A stretch of DNA of 64,000 nucleotides from Dipteris shenzhenensis (taxonomy: Eukaryota), in assembly GCA_047967505.1 (NCBI GenBank), contig CM106538.1, one strand, 5' to 3'. Both the position numbers and the translations under genes were made by a program. The first letter of the stretch is position 1. Each line of letters begins with the position of its first letter. Below are positions 26,701 through 41,200 of the stretch, in pieces. The notes under the pieces were generated by a model. It was not told where the DNA came from. It worked only from the letters and a program-made list of their open reading frames with translations, and did no database searches.

Positions 26701-28098
26701 TTCCATGATTGGTGAATGTCGTAAGGTACTGAGAAGGTTGGGAATGGGAATAATCATGAGAAGGTTTGTAAGAGGATGCAAAGCCAAAAGGAAATTTAAG
26801 GAAGAAACATGGCCCTATGAGATAAATGTTGCAAGGGTGGAACTAGAAAAGGACGAGTTATCATCATGTTAATGGACAAAGAATTGGTAGGGCCCTCAAT
26901 CCTCCTAAAACCCACAGTTACACCATTTCTTGTTGTTTTGTTTCTACTTCATATCTTTAAGATAACTTTAATTCCATGCTTACACAAAAATCGATGATGG
27001 ACAGTACACACACCCAACACACTACATTGATCTTTATTTGAGGAGTACCTACCCCATAATTTTCTTAAATGGTTTGACTTTTATCATTAAAAACACTTCA
27101 AAACCTAGAGATTTCTTTATCAATAGATTTCAACATGATTTCATCTAAGAGGATGTATGGTTGAAGATGAACAAACTAAAATAATGAATGTTAGAATATT
27201 GTATGATTTCGCTCCTCGAATTTTGTTGCAACTAAGTTCCTAAGGATTTACATGGAACCCTAATGAATCCTCGATCTTTAAAACATTGGAATTCATCATA
27301 ATGGAGTGAAATAGATCACCATTTACATGTTAAATTGCAAATAAATGTTGCAAGAGGAGAAATAACCAATATAAGTTCCCATCGACTCACAAACATGAGA
27401 GTATAAATTCAAATGACATATTGACTTTAATCTATCTATCTAACAACATACAAACTAATAATACCTGGAAGATTTATCAAAAAAGGGATTTTAGACACTT
27501 TTGTCCCATGCAATAATCTCTAATTGTTATTTTGTCATTGCAACTTGTGCCAATACACATTGTAGCAATGCATTTTCTTCTGAATGATTGTAAGCATGTC
27601 ATGGGCACATCATAGATCAAGCCATTGGTCATACCATTAGTCTCCCCTAAGGGTACCCATTGCACTGCATATTCTCCTGAGCAAATGCACACAAATTGAT
27701 TCCGGCATCCTTTAAACAACTTGCTTCTACAATACTCATGGATGTATGGATCAACACTAGTCATTGAGTAGTAGACCGATGTTGGAATACTGAGAGTAGA
27801 AGAACTCGTGCAATGAAAAGAATGCAACATATCAAATTTCCATTCTGTCTCATACTTCACAATGTATTTAGTTGCGCTTAGTGACTTACATTGAATAATA
27901 AGTGTTAACAATGGTGCGTGTTGGTCCTAACTTCATCATATGACCCTTAGTCAGTTGGGTGTGTGAGGCAATTGTGTTTTCCATATGAATAGTGGGGTGT
28001 TGCCCTCATCGAGCGATTATTTGAATTATTGTGAAGTGAAAGTGTAGAGTGGGGGAAAGGGGGAGCACATAACATAGAATGTAATGATGAATTGAATT

Positions 28099-28102
28099 GA
28101 GA

Positions 28103-28160
<58 letters not shown>
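28099..28160. repeat. (GA)n microsatellite
   Basis: About 30 GA units. Confidence 0.95.
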
Positions 28161-28164
<4 letters not shown>

Positions 28165-28797
28165 GTGCAATGACTAGAATCATGCTTTTCTTTTGGCTCA
28201 CGGCCACACTCCACACACACGAGTTGTTAGCAAGAACGACCCTAACTCCTAGAATTGTAGAACCTTATATGCATGACCTTTCTACTAACATTTGCAGTGG
28301 GTAGTACCCATCACATTTACAATGGTTCGCACCCCCTTTTCAGAAGGGGGTTGGTGCCATTACGTGTTATTGTCCTGTTTGACATCTTTTGCCTTTGTGA
28401 ATCCTTCATCTATCTCTTCCTCAACCTGACCCATAATCTTCTTCAGATCCTAACTTATTCTCGTCCTCTACTGCTACAACAGGCACAACACTCTGACCAT
28501 TGGGCCCTTCGTCACCTTGCCTTGTTCTGTAGCATCGCCTCACTTGTCTTCTAGCACCATCCGGCTTATCTTCTAGCACCGTCTATAGCAAATTGGGCAT
28601 CTGGGACACAACATGGATAGGAGCATATGGGCTACTCCTTGCTTCACCCAACCCTTCCATTCACTCCTTGATTGGGAGCTCAGTTCATTTGTTTCACTCT
28701 TCATTTGCTTTGCTCTTCATCGGAGCACTCGCTTTCGGTCTCAATTGAATCCTCGAAATGTCACTTTCAGGGTTCAATAGTAAAACTTCGTCCAAGT

Positions 28798-29003
28798 TTG
28801 GTAACATCGCCTCAATGTTCATAACTATATGTTTCTTGTTATAGTTTTTATATTAACCCACAATTTTGTTTCCATTGCCTCAATGTTCATAACTATATTT
28901 TTCTTGCTATAATTTGTTATATTAACCCACAATTTTGGTAACATCGCCTCAATATTCATAACTATATGTTTCTTGCTATAATTTGTATATTAACCCACAA
29001 TTT
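28798..29003. repeat. ~68-bp minisatellite, 3 copies
   Basis: GCCTCAATGTTCATAACTATATGTTTCTTG...TATATTAACCCACAATT repeated three times. Confidence 0.9.
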
Positions 29004-31389
29004 TGTTGTCCAACAGAACGTTGGTTGAACTACTAGAAGAGAAACAATAATTTAACTCAAGGTACATGGTCAGTTGATAATATATGAGATTGAATGGTAA
29101 TGGTAATTATATAAAGGGTGTGGTACTCTCTCTATTTTTCTTTCTAAATTGTTAAATATATGTCCTCTCGTGGGGCATGTTTACAGGAGGCATCATAGGT
29201 TATATAATCATAAGTATCCACACAAGTTTGTGGACATTGTAAGGGAGGACATGACCACAACTTTGGAGGGACAATCTTACTTTGGTCGGATTCTACATGA
29301 TGTAACTCAAGCATCATTGGATATTGTGTGCTTTAAAAACACAAAGCCGGTGTTGTCCTAGTTGGGTCAGGAATATCAATTTCACACTATTGACCTTTTG
29401 TTTACTTGTCTTTATTCAAACGATTCACTACTTGAAATCTCCTTATCTTGGGTACATTGTCTCATGTACATCCAAAACAATGCAAAACTTTCAAAACCTT
29501 ATATTTCTCCACTTTTCATAGTAATAACTGATATTGAGGAGGTAAAATAAAAACTTAAAAATGTGATGTTTGGAATATGAACTAGAAAGTAATGGCAACT
29601 TCATAGTTGAAAACCAAACTAACAATGAGTAACTACACCTAAAAGAATAACACAAGGCTAAAAAATGTGATGTTTGGAATGCCCACTAGAAAATCCTGGA
29701 GTGGAGAACGAAGCTAGTAAGTATTCAATAAATTAATGTATGATAGACTCATCCAAATGTAATCCTTAGAGGTGAATCAAACATTCACGTTAACAAGTTA
29801 GGTTATTTATTTCTCTTTAAAAGAAAAAGGTAGAATGGAAAGCTTGTATCATGTATGGAAGTAAAGTTGTTGACTTTACCACATAATATGTTGGAAAATC
29901 ATGCATATATTTTTGATGTTTACATAGAGTAATGTTGTGAGTATTAGGTGTTCTGAGAAAAGTTAATGGATGGATTAGGCGTTCTCACAAAAGTTATGAT
30001 AGGGCTTGTGAAAAAGGCCTCCTTGAAGAGGTTTAGAAGAAATATAATTTTGAATGATACTAAAAAATAGGACCAAGTAACTCCCTTTTACTATGAATAA
30101 ACATGTTTCTTTCAATTGTCTTGTCAAGGTATGATGTACATGGCCGTGGAAATTTCCCCCGAGTTTCAACCTTAGTTTTTTACATTATATAATCTTGCCC
30201 TTTCCATGGCAAATTGAGCATCTTCTATTTTACCGGCCGAAGTAGTGGGCAAGTGGGGTTCGCCTCATCTAATTGTGTCACGCAATACCATCAAAAGATG
30301 ATTTTCTCCATGTTATAAATGCTTGCTACTAGATGTAATTGGACCACTCTACTTCACTCTCCCTATTTCACGTTCTTCCAAATAATCCTTCAAATTTGTA
30401 TGCTTGTTCAAATTTCATGTGTTAACATATATGATATCTTTGCTTATTATCCTTTCAAACCATGTCTTTTTGGGTGCTTGCTATGAAAAAGGTAAGGTCT
30501 TGTCCCTCCAAAAGCTTCATTTAATCTCAAGCCTCTCATTTAAAGTTGAGGTGGGGAATCATTCATTTGACCTTGCATTATGAAAGTAAGAGGTAAGTTA
30601 GTATCATATGTCACTAACCAAAATATAAAATTCCCTTATGCCATGGTGATTGCTCCTATTCAAAGTTCATTTTAAAGACATTAGTTCTTAGTCTTCTTGA
30701 TACATGGACAGCCTCATTGTGCTCTCTTGCTTTGTAGCCTTTTGCTCAAAGGTATGTTGCATTGGCTTGTTAGTAGATAGGAAAATTCCCACGATAGGGT
30801 TCTTTTTCGGGTGTGCAGTTGTTGTGAGTGAAAGAAGTAATTATTGTGTAGTGTTCATAAAGAACTGAGGTTTAATGTCAGGCAAATGGTAAATTTTGGT
30901 TATTAACCTTCGATTTCAAAAATAAGAGATTTTAACATGGATTCATGCAAAACCGATGGCAAATTTCAGAAGTTAACCTCCAATGTGAAAACAGAAGGTT
31001 TTAAAACTTGCAAATTTGAAGGCATTCTACTTATAATTTTTGCTTAAAACTTCAATAAAAACATTTTAGCTTTTACCTCCGCTCACCTCGCCCTCAGCCT
31101 CCCCTCACCCTTATATAAGTATCTTGACGGGGTGTGCTGAACTTTCCAGAGACTAACCTCGAAAATTGTGAAATCGCCATACCCCCTGACATCACCTTGA
31201 GAGTACAAGTGTGGAGATCATTTGTCATGGATATAACCATGTGCTAAAATTCCAATTAGTTCTAGTCCGGGTGACTATAGGTTGACCCTAAGGAGCGAGG
31301 GAAACTTTAAAGGAGGAGATAAGAGTTGAAAGGAAATACCAATGGTGATGTGACTAACTTCATCTTTTTTTGTTGGTTTGCGAGTTAAG

Positions 31390-31539
31390 CTATCGCGGCG
31401 TCGTCCCATTCAACTGGCGGTGATTTGAAGGGCAAGTCCCATGTCCGGCGGCGCATCCCCTTTGATTGGAGAGAGAAAACACCTTGACAGAAGAGGGGCG
31501 ATAGAGCGTTCCACAGTGTGGCAGAGCTGAGGGGGCTTG

Positions 31540-31571
<32 letters not shown>

Positions 31572-31958
31572 GGAGTGAAGATAGTGTGGGAGGCGCTGCC
31601 TGATGAGTATTTGAGAGTGTCAGGAGCGACTCTGTCGTGGAGAGAGGAGGGGATAGAGCTGCCAAGGGACGAGACGGGGAGGGGGGAGCGAGGGGGTTAA
31701 AGTGCGGGAGTCGAGTGAATTCACGAGTGTTGAAGAATTGACGAGGAGATCATTGGGTGGGGTGAAATCCCGAGGGAGAGAGCGGATGCGGGTTGGAGCA
31801 AGAACGCGGGTGTTTCTCGTGGAGGGCAGGATGCGAGGAACCGGGGCGGGGGGGACTATGAGAGGGAAGTGTAGGAAACACGCATAAACAAAGACAGGCA
31901 AGGTGCGAGAGGGCGAGAGACATTGAGAGAGAAGGCGAGAGGGAGGGGGAGACAGCGA

Positions 31959-32001
<43 letters not shown>

Positions 32002-32145
32002 GGCGAGAGGGAAAAGGAGAGGAGAGGATTGAGAAATATGAGCGATTCAGACCATCGTCTTCTCGCATAGCTCGAATTCAAATCGGCTTGTCGCATTCCT
32101 GTGGTGGGCTTGCACCCCAGCTGCTCGCCTTCCTCCGCCGCTTCG
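31390..32145 (+). promoter_or_regulatory. GIF promoter/5' leader: CpG-rich with long GA repeats (GAGA/BPC-type elements)
   Basis: (GA)n at about 31540-31568 and 31960-31999, CpG retained, immediately upstream of GIF ATG. Confidence 0.5.
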
Positions 32146-32220
32146 ATGCAGCAACACCCCCTGCAGCCCCACATGGGGTCCTACCCTGCTCACAACGTTA
32201 CCACGGAGATCATCCAGAAG
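32146..32220 (+). CDS. GIF: GIF exon 1
   Basis: ATG...NVTTEIIQK, donor AAG|GTGCTT. Confidence 0.88.
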
Positions 32221-35200
32221 GTGCTTTGCTCTCCTCCCCTCTGTTTTTCGTTCCCCTGCTTTGCGGCAGATGAAGCGTCTGTTCAGCATTCGGTTTAATG
32301 TCTTGTCACCGCTCCTATTAGCTACCTCTGCAACTCTCCCTCTCTCCTTTTGCTCGGGCCTTTCCCTCTGCAACTTTCCTTGCCCTGGTTTGCGTTTGAG
32401 CGCTGCCTGTCTATGGGTTCTCGGATTACCCCGGGGCCTTCGTTGGCACCTCCAAGAATCGACGGAACGGCGCGCTCAAATGACTGACATTACCCTTATC
32501 GTAGTCTCGGAAAGGAGCTCCATCGAGTTTTTGTGCAGTGAATTTACGTTACTTAACCCAAACTCTGCGTAGTCTTTCCTGAAGTTTTGAGTGTCTAGAG
32601 TTTTGACAGTCGTCTTTGTAGAGGTTCTACGGAACTGTGAATTTTGGATTCGAGATAAATTTGTGTCCTGCTGAGTATTTTGAACGTTCACTCCTTGGTC
32701 GTCCCGAGTCTGTCAGATATTCAGCGAGTTCTTCGCCACAGTCACTGGAGCAGCCCTAAACGGGTGACCCCAGGAAGGGCTACCCAACTTTTTTGTACTA
32801 GTAGTACTACTGTCTTTGGAACATCTCTCTGTATATTGTGTCAGTTCGATGAATGAAGGAAAGCTTTCTTTCTGATAGTCGGACCTGGGAAGAGTTTGTA
32901 GAAGCGATTTGTACAATTTGTGAAGTCTCTGTGAACCATTGTTTATGTTAATTGTCGAGACTTTGTTGCATATTGAATCTTCGGTGAGCCCATTGACCGT
33001 CAAGCTGATCATGGGATTTTACCTGCCTTAAGTCAGCCCTTTCACTTTGGAGAATTATTACTGAGCGTGTTGTCTGCGTATAAAGGTGTGCACCTGTGTT
33101 TATGGGTGTTGCCTGCTAATTATCCTGCACAGTGTGGAGTGAGTTGTGAGAGTTTGAGGGAGGAATATAATGAGCCTTCGAAGAGGGAAATAAACAAAAG
33201 AATATCTATCTGCCGAATAGGTCTGAATACCACTATTGTATGAAGGGATAAACCCTCACTGTAAAAGACTAGAGAAGTACTGTACGAAGGAGACTAAACT
33301 CTCACTGTAGAAACTGAGAACTGAAGGAATAAAGGGGCTGCTTTGATGCAGACCCCCCCTGCTTCTGTAACCGGGACTGAACCGGAGCCTGTATGGGCCT
33401 GAAACTGACCGACCAGGGGATGGAATAGACCGACCAGACCCCTGGCCTGACCCCAACCAGCCGACTGCTGGTTGGCTTCTTCTGGCAGCTGTGCTGATGT
33501 GGCTGCCTGCATGGATGACGTGGCTGCCTGCATGGCCTGTTGTGCTGAGTGGTGCCTGTGCTGACGTGGCTGCTGCTGACATGGCAGTCCTGCATGTCAC
33601 AGGCTGAGGATGCCTGTAACATTAATGTACACCTGTCATAGGTCATCTTTGGTAACCCATTGTTCTAAAAGTGGGTCAGGCATAGCATAAGGACATCCAG
33701 GGGGTACTCGTATGAGGGGAGGTGGATGCAGCAAGGGTCAATTGAGGCCCAAAGATATAAAGGTGATTAACCCTAGACACCTCTCACCTTCAAGCATCCT
33801 TTTGGCACTTCCGATTGGAGACAGGGGAATAAAAGGCAGCCCCCACATTGCTCCACCAAGCACCCACATGGTGTAATTTGATCTTTCAGTGGTGGTGACG
33901 GGAGAGAGGGGAGTAGAGAGGTGGTAGGTTGGAACCACCACATGGCTCCAAGCACCAAACAATGCAGCTGATCAGTGGTCACCTTGTAGGTTGGTGTCAA
34001 TTCCAACACTAACATGTGATACACCACATCACAAGAGCCAGTAGCTTGCAATGGCTCATGATAATGACTACTTGATAAACAGCAATGTCATAACAAGAAG
34101 TTGGAGTGGCAAGTGGTAGACCCTTAGGTCAGCAGCACTTGGTGAAGATAGTGTACGTTGGAATCCAAGTATTCAAGGGTGAGTGATGGGGTTTATCCAA
34201 GGGAGGGGTGTTCAAAGAAAAACTAGAGACCAAACGTGTGTAAAAATGGGTTAGCATGAGTGCCAATATGGTGCACCATTTGGAGGGCACGGCTGCACCA
34301 AGCTAAAGTAATGTAACTCCTAGCCTTCCCAGTTGCTGCTCCTGCTTGGCCACTCTAGGAAGCTCAGAATTTGGGAAGCAGCCATCTCATGGAGCACTTG
34401 TATGGGGATAGAAAATGACCCCATGCTGGGCTTTGAGGGAGGAACCAACCGCTTATGAGTAACCGGTTCTGATGTAGGGCACGCACATCGAGACTTGTAT
34501 CCCCCCCTCGTAAGAGTACTTGTTTCTATTTCGACCTACATGCAAGGTGGGAGAGAGATGGTGGATGAATGCAAGGTGAATGAGAGAATGCTACGTGAAA
34601 TTCACAATGAAGGGTGATACCCTTTCATTAATGTCCCTTGACGTCACTCAAGTTCCATCTTCCCATTTACACCTAACCCTTATCTTATGACCCATGCATC
34701 TACCATTCAATGCACCTTAATGCACCCTTCCCTTCCTATTACCCCTAGGACCTAGACACGTGTGTGCACATTTTTATTAATACAAAAAGTGTCACATGTC
34801 CAAATTTGATGCCGTCTGAAGCGGTGGCTCCTGCTCGACTAGTCCTATCTACTGAGATGATCCACTGCCATAACAAATCGGTCGGTGTCCATCATAAATA
34901 CAAATACATGTTACACCATTTGCGTACAATATATAATAATATTTTAATGTCTACTAATCACGGATTAGTGATTTCTTTTATCATGACACTCCCTCCTGCT
35001 TGAATGGACAAAAGTCCTCTTTTGGATCCTCTCTTGTCTCTTTCTCTTGCGTACGCTTCTCTTCTACTTCTGCATTTGCATCTCCTCTTCATAATCTGCA
35101 AATAGTCTTCTCTTGGTAGTACACGATCTCTTCTGAATCAGAACTTAAATCCCATCTTCAAATTCAAGTTCCTCTTGATGCTGAATATTCAAAATGTAGA

Positions 35201-38200
35201 AGTAGCACCGCAGTGCCTCTTCAGTATCTCTTCATGCTCAGAATCCCCTTCTGAATACTTAGCTGCTGAAATCTCTATATAGTAACCTGCTCAATAAGCT
35301 GAAATATATTCTCAACAAACGTGTCAGTATTAAAATGATTCTCTCACCCAAATGTTTCATTAAACTAGGTAGACCTTGGCTATAGATGATTTTGCGATGA
35401 AGAGCTTCTTAATCTATAGAAACTATAGATCATCAATCTCTTTTTCCAACTCTCTACATGTCTCTTTTTCCAACTCTCTACATGGAGGAGAAAATTCTTT
35501 ATTCTATGTTCATACTCTACAATGAATATGTCTACTCTCTATCCAGTTCACACATCCATACACCAGTGTTGGCTGAATCGATAGCATTTACTCTTGGTTC
35601 TACGTTCATCGCAGAGTCTTGGGATGAGGAAGTAGAAGCCTCACTCTCTTGATTGGATGCTTTGACTTTCCCTTTTATAGAATTGGTTTTGGCAATTTTG
35701 GCTAATAGAGTAGGACATTTATGCCATGGATGCCCTGGCTTATGTTTCTTACATCCGAAACATTTACCCTCCTTAATTAACTTTTCCTTCTCATCGTTAG
35801 TCATGGATGGAAATGGTATCCATCCAGGACGTGATTGGCTGTTAACATTTTGTACAATAGCTTTTTCTTTTCCTTTGTTGAAAGACTTTCGAGGATTCAA
35901 TTTCCTCTCAGCAATCTCAACCAATTTAGTGAGGCCTTTCAAGGTGGTTAGGTTGAACATTTCAACCTCATACCTCACTTTCGGGGTTAGGACTGCTAAA
36001 TACTCCTCCCTTCTATCATCCTCGCTCTTCTCAGGTAACTCTAAAGAGAGTTTCTAGAACCTAGCTGTAAATTCGGCGTTAGTTTCGTTATCAAATTGCT
36101 TGAACCTTTCCTAGCGGAAGGTCAATTCTTCTTCATGCCTCGGAGGCATGAAAGTGTGGCAAGAGTAAGCTTCTCGTGCTCGGTCTTATCTTGATGGGCA
36201 AAATATAGCTCAAAAGGAAAATCCAATTAAGGATTTTATCCATCTCTCTTGCTCCATCATACTTTGGGAACTCTATTCTCTCTCAAGGTTGAAATTTGGC
36301 TCTCTTCGAGGGGGTACTTAAATCGTCGTCTCCAAAATTGAGCACTCTCTTAGTCCCTAAGTTTGTCATAATGGACTGTTCAATCATATGGCTAAGCTGA
36401 GAAACCAGCTTATCAACAGGGGACTCCTCTCTCCCTCTTGCACTTGGATTATAATCCATGTGTATGGGATTTTGAGTTGCACCCTCCCTCATGCTCGCTT
36501 CTTCTCCTTCTCTTCTCGTCCCCGTAGTAAATCGTTGATGCTCTGATACCAAATGTGAAGACCAGACTTCTCGAGAATGCAAATGTGTGCAATGCATGCA
36601 GAATTTGAATGCCAATTGACCCTCCAATGAGAAAGAGCACCCTCGTGATAGTACTTGTTTCTATTTCGACCTACATGCAAGGTGGGAGATAGATGGCAGA
36701 TGAATGCAAGGTGAATGAGAGAATGCTACGTGAAATTCACAATGAAGGGTGATACCCTTTCATTAATGTCCCTTGAGATCACTCAAGTTCCATCTTCCCA
36801 TTTATACCTACCCTTATCCTATGACCCATGCATCTACCATTCAATGCACCTTAATGCACCCTTCCCTTCCTATTGCCCCTAGGACCCAGACACGTGTGTG
36901 CACATTTTTATTAATACAATAAGTGTCACATGTCCAAATTTGATGCCGTCTGAAGCAGTGGCTCAAGTCCTATCTACTGAGATGATCCACTGCCATAACT
37001 AATCGGTCGGTGTCCATCATAAATACAAATACATGTTACACCATTGGCGTATAATATATAATAATGTTTTAATGTCTACTAATCACGGATTAGTGATTTC
37101 TCTTGTCATGACAAGCGGTGCGCTCTCTAACCTCCCTAGCCTCCTAAGCTGCTATCCTGCACTCTCTGGCAGCCTGCTCACAATCATCCCATATCTCTTG
37201 GAGCTGAACCATACAAGTAAAGAGATTCTCTAACTGCTCTTGCTGCATCTGCATCATGGCTACCATGGCAGAAATTGTCATCAGGGCCTTGCAACCACCG
37301 GACGATCTACTGTGGAGGAGGGCCACCAAAAGCTGCTTCATCCTCTGCACTGGGGTTGAAGCTGTCAGTGGCATCCATGGTGTCCTTTCTGGATCTTGTC
37401 TGGCCCATAAAACAGTGGTTGTCCCTAACTGAGCCTCCCTATCTCAGGAAAAAATATAAAGCTCTGATAATAATGTAGCAGGCAGAAAGCCTAACTCCAT
37501 CTCTCTCATGCTCACTATTACCTGAACTGAGAGAATAATGCACTCCAAACCCAAGTGGATAGATTAGTTTCTTAGACGTGTGCTCAACACCTGTAGCTCC
37601 CGAAGGGTGATTTGATCATGTGATGTATCACTTGCCAATCAACATAGGCTTCTTTGGCTATCTGGAGACATTAATAAATCTCTCTCTTTCTCTCTCTCTC
37701 TCTCCCCCCTCCCCCTCCTCTCCACCCCTGCAGAAAAAAATCTCTTGCGGCTTGCCTGCTCAATTTCTAAGATTGTATGTATTCTAGTGCCCAAAGCATA
37801 TACAATTAATCTTCTATAAAAGTCCCTTCTTAATCTCTGAGGCGATTGTTTTTTTTCCCTTATCAGAAGAGCAAAGGTAAGATATTCAATGTAGCGTTGG
37901 CTTGGCTTTCATGTGAGCTTTTGCACTCATTTATCATTATTTTGGTTTTACATATTTTTAAACAATTGACATGTTAGTACTTCTATAATATGACACTCAT
38001 CTTTTGATAGGATGAAAGTATGTGATTGTTCATTATTGACTGATTGCATTCAATATTTGTGCTGCAGTATTTGGATGAAAACAAACAGCTTATTCTTGCT
38101 ATATTGGACAATCAAAACCTTGGCAAATTGAATGAGTGTGCTGCGTAAGTGATTGTTGACTTTTTGTTTATATTGACTCTTATATTTTTTTTGAAAGGGT

Positions 38201-41200
38201 GACAGATTCATAAATAGATTATATATAATATAAGTGTGTGTGTGTGTGTGTGTGAAACATGATAACGTCCATACTGCATTGCAGTCAAGGTTCTTTTAGA
38301 CTAGCAGTCTTGTCACACTTGCATGATTTTTTTGTGGAGGGTCATTTTAAAGTTATTCTTGTGATCTCTAAAGGAAATATCCATAGTGATTGTGGAACTC
38401 ACTGGAGAGTACAGATTCCAAAGGAGAGTTCACAAATTCCAAAGGGGGGTTTGATTCCTTTTTTAGGATTTTCAGACGTGCATACTTGTCCCTGGCAGAC
38501 CTCTCAATCTCAAGCACTTAATCTATCCAACCTGCGCGCTCACTTGTTGAGTGTTTTCCTGCATCTATGCCCTCCAACTATAAGATGAAGAGACGCAAGC
38601 TATCTGCTTCTAATGAATATTTGTGCCCAGGAATACATGGAGGAACTCTATCACATTGAAAACATGAGTGAGTGCTTATTCTTTGTTATACATCAGTGGT
38701 GCTTTTGGCCTTGATTTTTGGCCAAAAGGACATGGAAGTAAACAGTTCCTTCAATTTGGTGGAAAGCAGAATCGGTCACACAGACATTCTCGCGAATCCA
38801 CACTTGGCCTCTAGTTTTGATACTCTCTTAAGTCCATCAATTTTGCCCTCTTCTAATCAAATTTGGAAGCCACATTACATCAGACTTGGATTATTGATGC
38901 TTGCTATATTAACAAGCTGCCTGAAGTCTTGCATCCTCACGCTAAGAGCTATTGCCTAGCTGTGGTAGAATTATTATGGATTGATGATAACATGTGGCAT
39001 GTGCTCGCTACAATGAACATTGAGCATTTGCAAGGAATTTCTTTGTATCTAATGATTCTTATATTTCTATCTTGTATTTTGTATGTCAAGCTTATCTCTT
39101 GCTGGCACCTTAGGTATTATGTATACTTTATGGAAATACATTCAGCCTTTTGTAGGCTGCATAATCTTGAATTGGTGCTGAGCAGGGTATGGTTCAATAT
39201 AGTGGAACTTTGATCTCTTTGTTGTGGATGTTATTGCCTCGAAACTTATGAATGCTTGATGGCCCATTAACTTAACTGAAAGGCTTGCAAGTGCATGAGT
39301 GCATGCCATCTTTAGAGTTTAAGAATTGCAACCAAGGGTGGTTGACCTATTTGTTGGAATTGTCACCTCCCCATCTGTAAGCCCCCATATGAGGAGAGCG
39401 TGGGGGGAGGGAGACCTAGGGCAGAAGATGCCTAGAGAAGAGAGAGGGAGGGGGCTGCCACATCGGCAGCACCTCACAGCCAACAGAGGAGGATCCCTGA
39501 AGGAACAGTACAGGACAGCGGCGTCTCTAAGTACAGGTGATGACGCGTGGCTGTACGGGACTCTGTAGATCCTTGGAGGCGTGATGACATCAGCAGGGTG
39601 CACGGACCTGTACGGCTGCAGTACGGCTACATGGCGGGGGTCTGTGGGCAGGTATGAAGCCTGCAAGAGGGTCTCCAGCAGCAACAAAAGGGCAGCCTAG
39701 CAGCAGCCCAAAAGGGCCTGGCTAGGGCCCTTATATAGGGTCTGAAGAAAAGCCCCAACCAGGTCGGTTTTACAGACGGGGGGGCAGACTGGTCGGCCCA
39801 AACAGACCAGCCAGTCGGCCCATTTAGGGCTGGCTGGTCGGTTCTTGACTTGACCAAGCTGCTCCGGGTGAAATGCGACTTGCTTTTTCTGGCTTTCAGG
39901 CTCTGCAGGAGATTTTGACCTGATTTTCTAGAGCTTTTTGGGTGTTGTGACTGGTTTTGGTAACTTTCCAGGCGTGGGTGTTTGCTTCTAAGTTGCTCTT
40001 GGGACTGTGCCAGGGTAGAATCAGCTTATCTCCGTAGGATCTAGGGTTTTCCATCCCAGGTGACCTTTCTTCTGTGGATTTTGGATAGAAGAAGGTTTGT
40101 CTTTGCCTGCTTTTGCCATTCCCTGATTGGTTGCTGGCTAGTTATTGCGTTTGGGTTTCTTCCTTGCGAAGAAGGGTTGATTTATGCTGTTGGGCAGTGG
40201 CCATGGAGGCTATAGATTGAGGCAACCCGCTGGGAAGAGTTTGGTTGTTTGATTGCACTAGAGTTTAGCTGTTGAGGGCTTTGTCTTGCAGTTGTTCAGC
40301 CGTGTTTGGCTGGTTGGGCACTTGGTTGTGCGATTGCAAGACTGGTTCAGACGGATGCTATTGGGGTCTTTGTTGCATGCTTTGGTTGGCTGAGGATACA
40401 TGGTTGTCTAGTGATTGGATGCCGTTCACTATTTGAAGTTGGGCAGGGATTTACAGGGTGGGCTGGACGGGGAGTCTGCGGGCGTTGGTTTGCCTGTGGT
40501 GCAGCTTCCCAGAGACCTTTGTAATCAGCGGCTTGGCTTCAAATGAATGTTAAATAAATACGGCAAGTTTCGCCAATGTTTGGGGCCAATCGGTGTCTTG
40601 TTTCTGAGTAGAAGCACTTTAGCTCCTCTGTGATTTGTTTTGTGGTGCATATTTACTTGTCAATTTACTGTGTATACTGTAATTAAGTGGATCCTACCAC
40701 CCTTTACGTTGTTGAGGCTGGTTTCAGTGGTTCCATTGCCTGGATCCACCTAACCTCTTCAAGAGGGGAGCCTGTGGTTGGCTTGGTGCAAGTCCAGCAG
40801 ATTAGGTGAAGAAGACAACATACTATTCAGAAAATATGTCACATAGGGAGAGATCCGTGAGCCTTACTGAGGAGGAAGAGTAGATGTCTCAGTCTCTTGG
40901 AGGTGGCCAGGGTGCATGAGAGGAGACCCGGCATGTTGCAGAGCATCAGGATGATCGGACGGATGAGGAGGATGTGGAACTATCAAAGGCACAGATGCAG
41001 AGTTTCATGAGTACTTTCACGCAATTCACACAGGATCCTCGCTTCCAAAAGATGATGAACTTATATGTGCAGCCGAAGAAAAGGAAGCCTGATGATGGGG
41101 ATAGGGATGTTGAAGCTAACAAGTGACCACATGTCACTTTTCAGGATCAGCCCTCTCAAATCCCCTATGGTCAGCAGTAGTCTAACACGATTCCGGGACC

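Noticed and set aside
27477-27911. 144-aa minus-strand ORF
   Set aside because: No recognisable domain or splice context; probably decayed TE sequence
28798-29003. Short repeats considered as a CRISPR-like array
   Set aside because: Head-to-tail minisatellite without unique spacers, in a plant nuclear context
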